In this document: positions 58,820-64,000 of the stretch, piece after piece
Numbering within the stretch: the first letter of the stretch is position 1
Layout: the number at the start of each line of letters is the position of its first letter
The notes under the pieces: generated by a model
What the model saw: only the letters and a program-made list of their open reading frames with translations
Databases searched by the model: none
What the model was told of the DNA's origin: nothing
Position numbers and translations under genes: made by a program
Source: the human T2T-CHM13v2.0 reference genome, Homo sapiens
Assembly: GCF_009914755.1 (NCBI RefSeq)
Contig: NC_060947.1
DNA length: 64,000 nt
Direction: 5' to 3' (one strand)

Positions 58820-59260
58820 GGATAAATGAATTGATTCATTTGCTCACTCCACAAACTTTTCTGGAGCAGCTCCAATGTGCCAGAAACTCTGCTGGCCTCT
58901 ACGGATTCAAGGCCGAATGAGGCAGGGCTCTGAGCACAGGGAGCTTGTGGTTTCATGGGAGAGGAAGATGACCAAGCCTGTGATCCTAACAATGTGCTGA
59001 GGATAAGACCATGTGCTTACAAGAGCCCATTTTGGCTATATCTAAACTGTTGTGGGGTTTCTAGAAGAGCATGTCATGAGCTGGATTGGAAAGACATATA
59101 GGAATTAGACTGAGAAGAAGGAAAGGGTATTCCAGGCAGAAGGACGAGCATCTGCAAACATAGGCATGAAATAGCTTTCCTACATAGAGAAATGGTAAAT
59201 GAGATGATGTATGAGGATTGCTTAAGAAAGAGTGGGCATTCAACAAATGTTGAAATGAAT
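58820..59260 (-). mobile_element. L2 3' fragment
   Basis: ATTCATTTGCTCACTCCACAAACTTTTCTGGAGCAGCTCCAATGTGCCAG; GGGTATTCCAGGCAGAAGG. Confidence 0.7.
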
Positions 59261-60857
59261 AGGCAGGGGGCATCAGTGAGAGGCCTAAAGAGCCAGGCAG
59301 CTGGTGGTGCCAGCCTAAGTGCCTCACCTCATCCATGAGGCCCTGATTAGGGCTGATTAGGCTGTTAGGGGAAGAGGGAGGAGGGATGGAGTGGTATACC
59401 CAGGATCGCAATCTTGCCACACCTGTGCTCACCTTCCATCCTCAAAATTCCATTTGCAGTTTCTGCTGCAGCACCACACAGGTAAAGAGAAAGTGACTGT
59501 GTCGGATATGCTTTTCTCAGAATCACTGATTTGACAAGGTGCTTGTCTCTAAATTCATGACTGTAGAACTGCAGAAAATGTGTAGGACTGCTAGACAATG
59601 TGAACACTCTTAGCTAAAGAGATGCAGCCTTCCCTGGATACCGTGGTCTGAGATCTTAGAGAATGTGTTTTGGTAAGTTGGAGCAGTTATCTTCCAAAAA
59701 ACACTAAGGATAACCAACGTTTACTAAGCTATCATTAGATGCCAGGCCCTATGATTGTCAGAGGATATCCTGATAGCTAAGAAATGACCTGTGAGAAACT
59801 AGCCATTAGAAACACAAAAAGAGCAAGCCCTTGCCAACTTCTGATTAGCACGTGAGATTTCTTTGTTAGTATTTTAAAGATATTCATTTCCCCCAGTTCG
59901 GCAATATGGAAGAGACATTTAGACTAAAGAATAAACGTGGAAAATCTTTTAGCACAAATTTCTGGAGCTCAAGCTTGGAAAAGCAGGTGTCTGCTGCCCC
60001 CATGTGGCCACAGTCATCTTTTGCTTTCAGCAGTCACATGAAAGTGCATTTCATACACCAACCACGTAGAAGTGTAAAATTAAGACTTTTGGTGGAAAAG
60101 ACTACAGTCTTGTGTAAGAGTTTTCTCCTTTTCCATGTCTCCAGGGAAATTCTATGATAAAAACTGAAAAATTAAAAAATTTCTCCGGAACGGCCTAGGA
60201 GATCCCAGTGGTAAACTCTGGTTTCTCCTTGTTAAATTGAAGGCCTTTGTCTTGGCATTCTGAACTCCATGAATTTCTGAAATGTACAAACTCTTAAAAC
60301 AGTTCATTTCCAGGAATTCAGTAAACCAATTCTGGAAGCTATTTCAACTAAAGTCTTATCCATGCGCTGTGACAATTGTGAAGAATTTCAACCAAATTTC
60401 AAATTGGTAATTTTCAGGTCTTTTTCAACTATCCTCTCCACCCTACACACACTCCTTAAAAATCTGTCATGTAATAATCTTAGCCAAGCAAATACATTTG
60501 TTCTTCTCTACACATAGGCTAACAACTACTCAATCAAATTCTTCCCCCATATTTATTTGCCTTTTCTGGAACATTTACTTTATTCTCTTCACACCACAAA
60601 TTCCTTCTACTATAAGAAATTTCTACCCAGAAATTAATGTTTTCTGCAAGGAGTTCCCAGACTCCACTCAGAAAACTTTGTCAAGCCAATGATTTCAGCA
60701 TCTTCCACTTGGAGGAAAAAAAAAAAAAACAGGGACACAAATAGAAAGAGAGAAAGAGAGAGAATGACCAGGAAGCCTTTATTATTTACATATTTGCACA
60801 TAAACTATTCAGAAGCAAGAATCGCATGTAGTCTTTCTAATTTTGCCTTCTCTTACA

Positions 60858-64000
<3,143 letters not shown>

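Noticed and set aside
58188-60340. Scattered TTCCAGGAA GAS motifs and a CACGTG E-box
   Set aside because: Not clearly above chance frequency and no supporting context.

Overview
Hominid (human or great-ape) genomic DNA, as shown by a full-length SVA and a young L1PA. The window looks intergenic or intronic, and I find no intact protein-coding gene, RNA gene or CRISPR. Most of it is nested transposon debris: about 35 Alu copies, old L1M and L2 fragments, and a disrupted L1PA running off the right edge. It also holds a HERV-L pol/dUTPase relic fused through an MLT2 LTR to a MaLR provirus, a fragmented Tigger1, several MITEs and a dense cluster of ERV1 LTRs at 30-44 kb. Nearly all supplied ORFs are repeat artefacts. 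I see no evidence of a new biological system. The best leads are structural: the ERVL/MaLR chimera sharing one LTR, a degenerate retroviral env TM relic near 33 kb, a templated copy of a Tigger1 end inside itself, an unidentified 47-nt insert with a perfect 19-bp TSD, and a polarised 1.3-kb AT-rich minisatellite. Family and subfamily names come from recalled consensus sequences, not a database search; boundaries of old elements are approximate.
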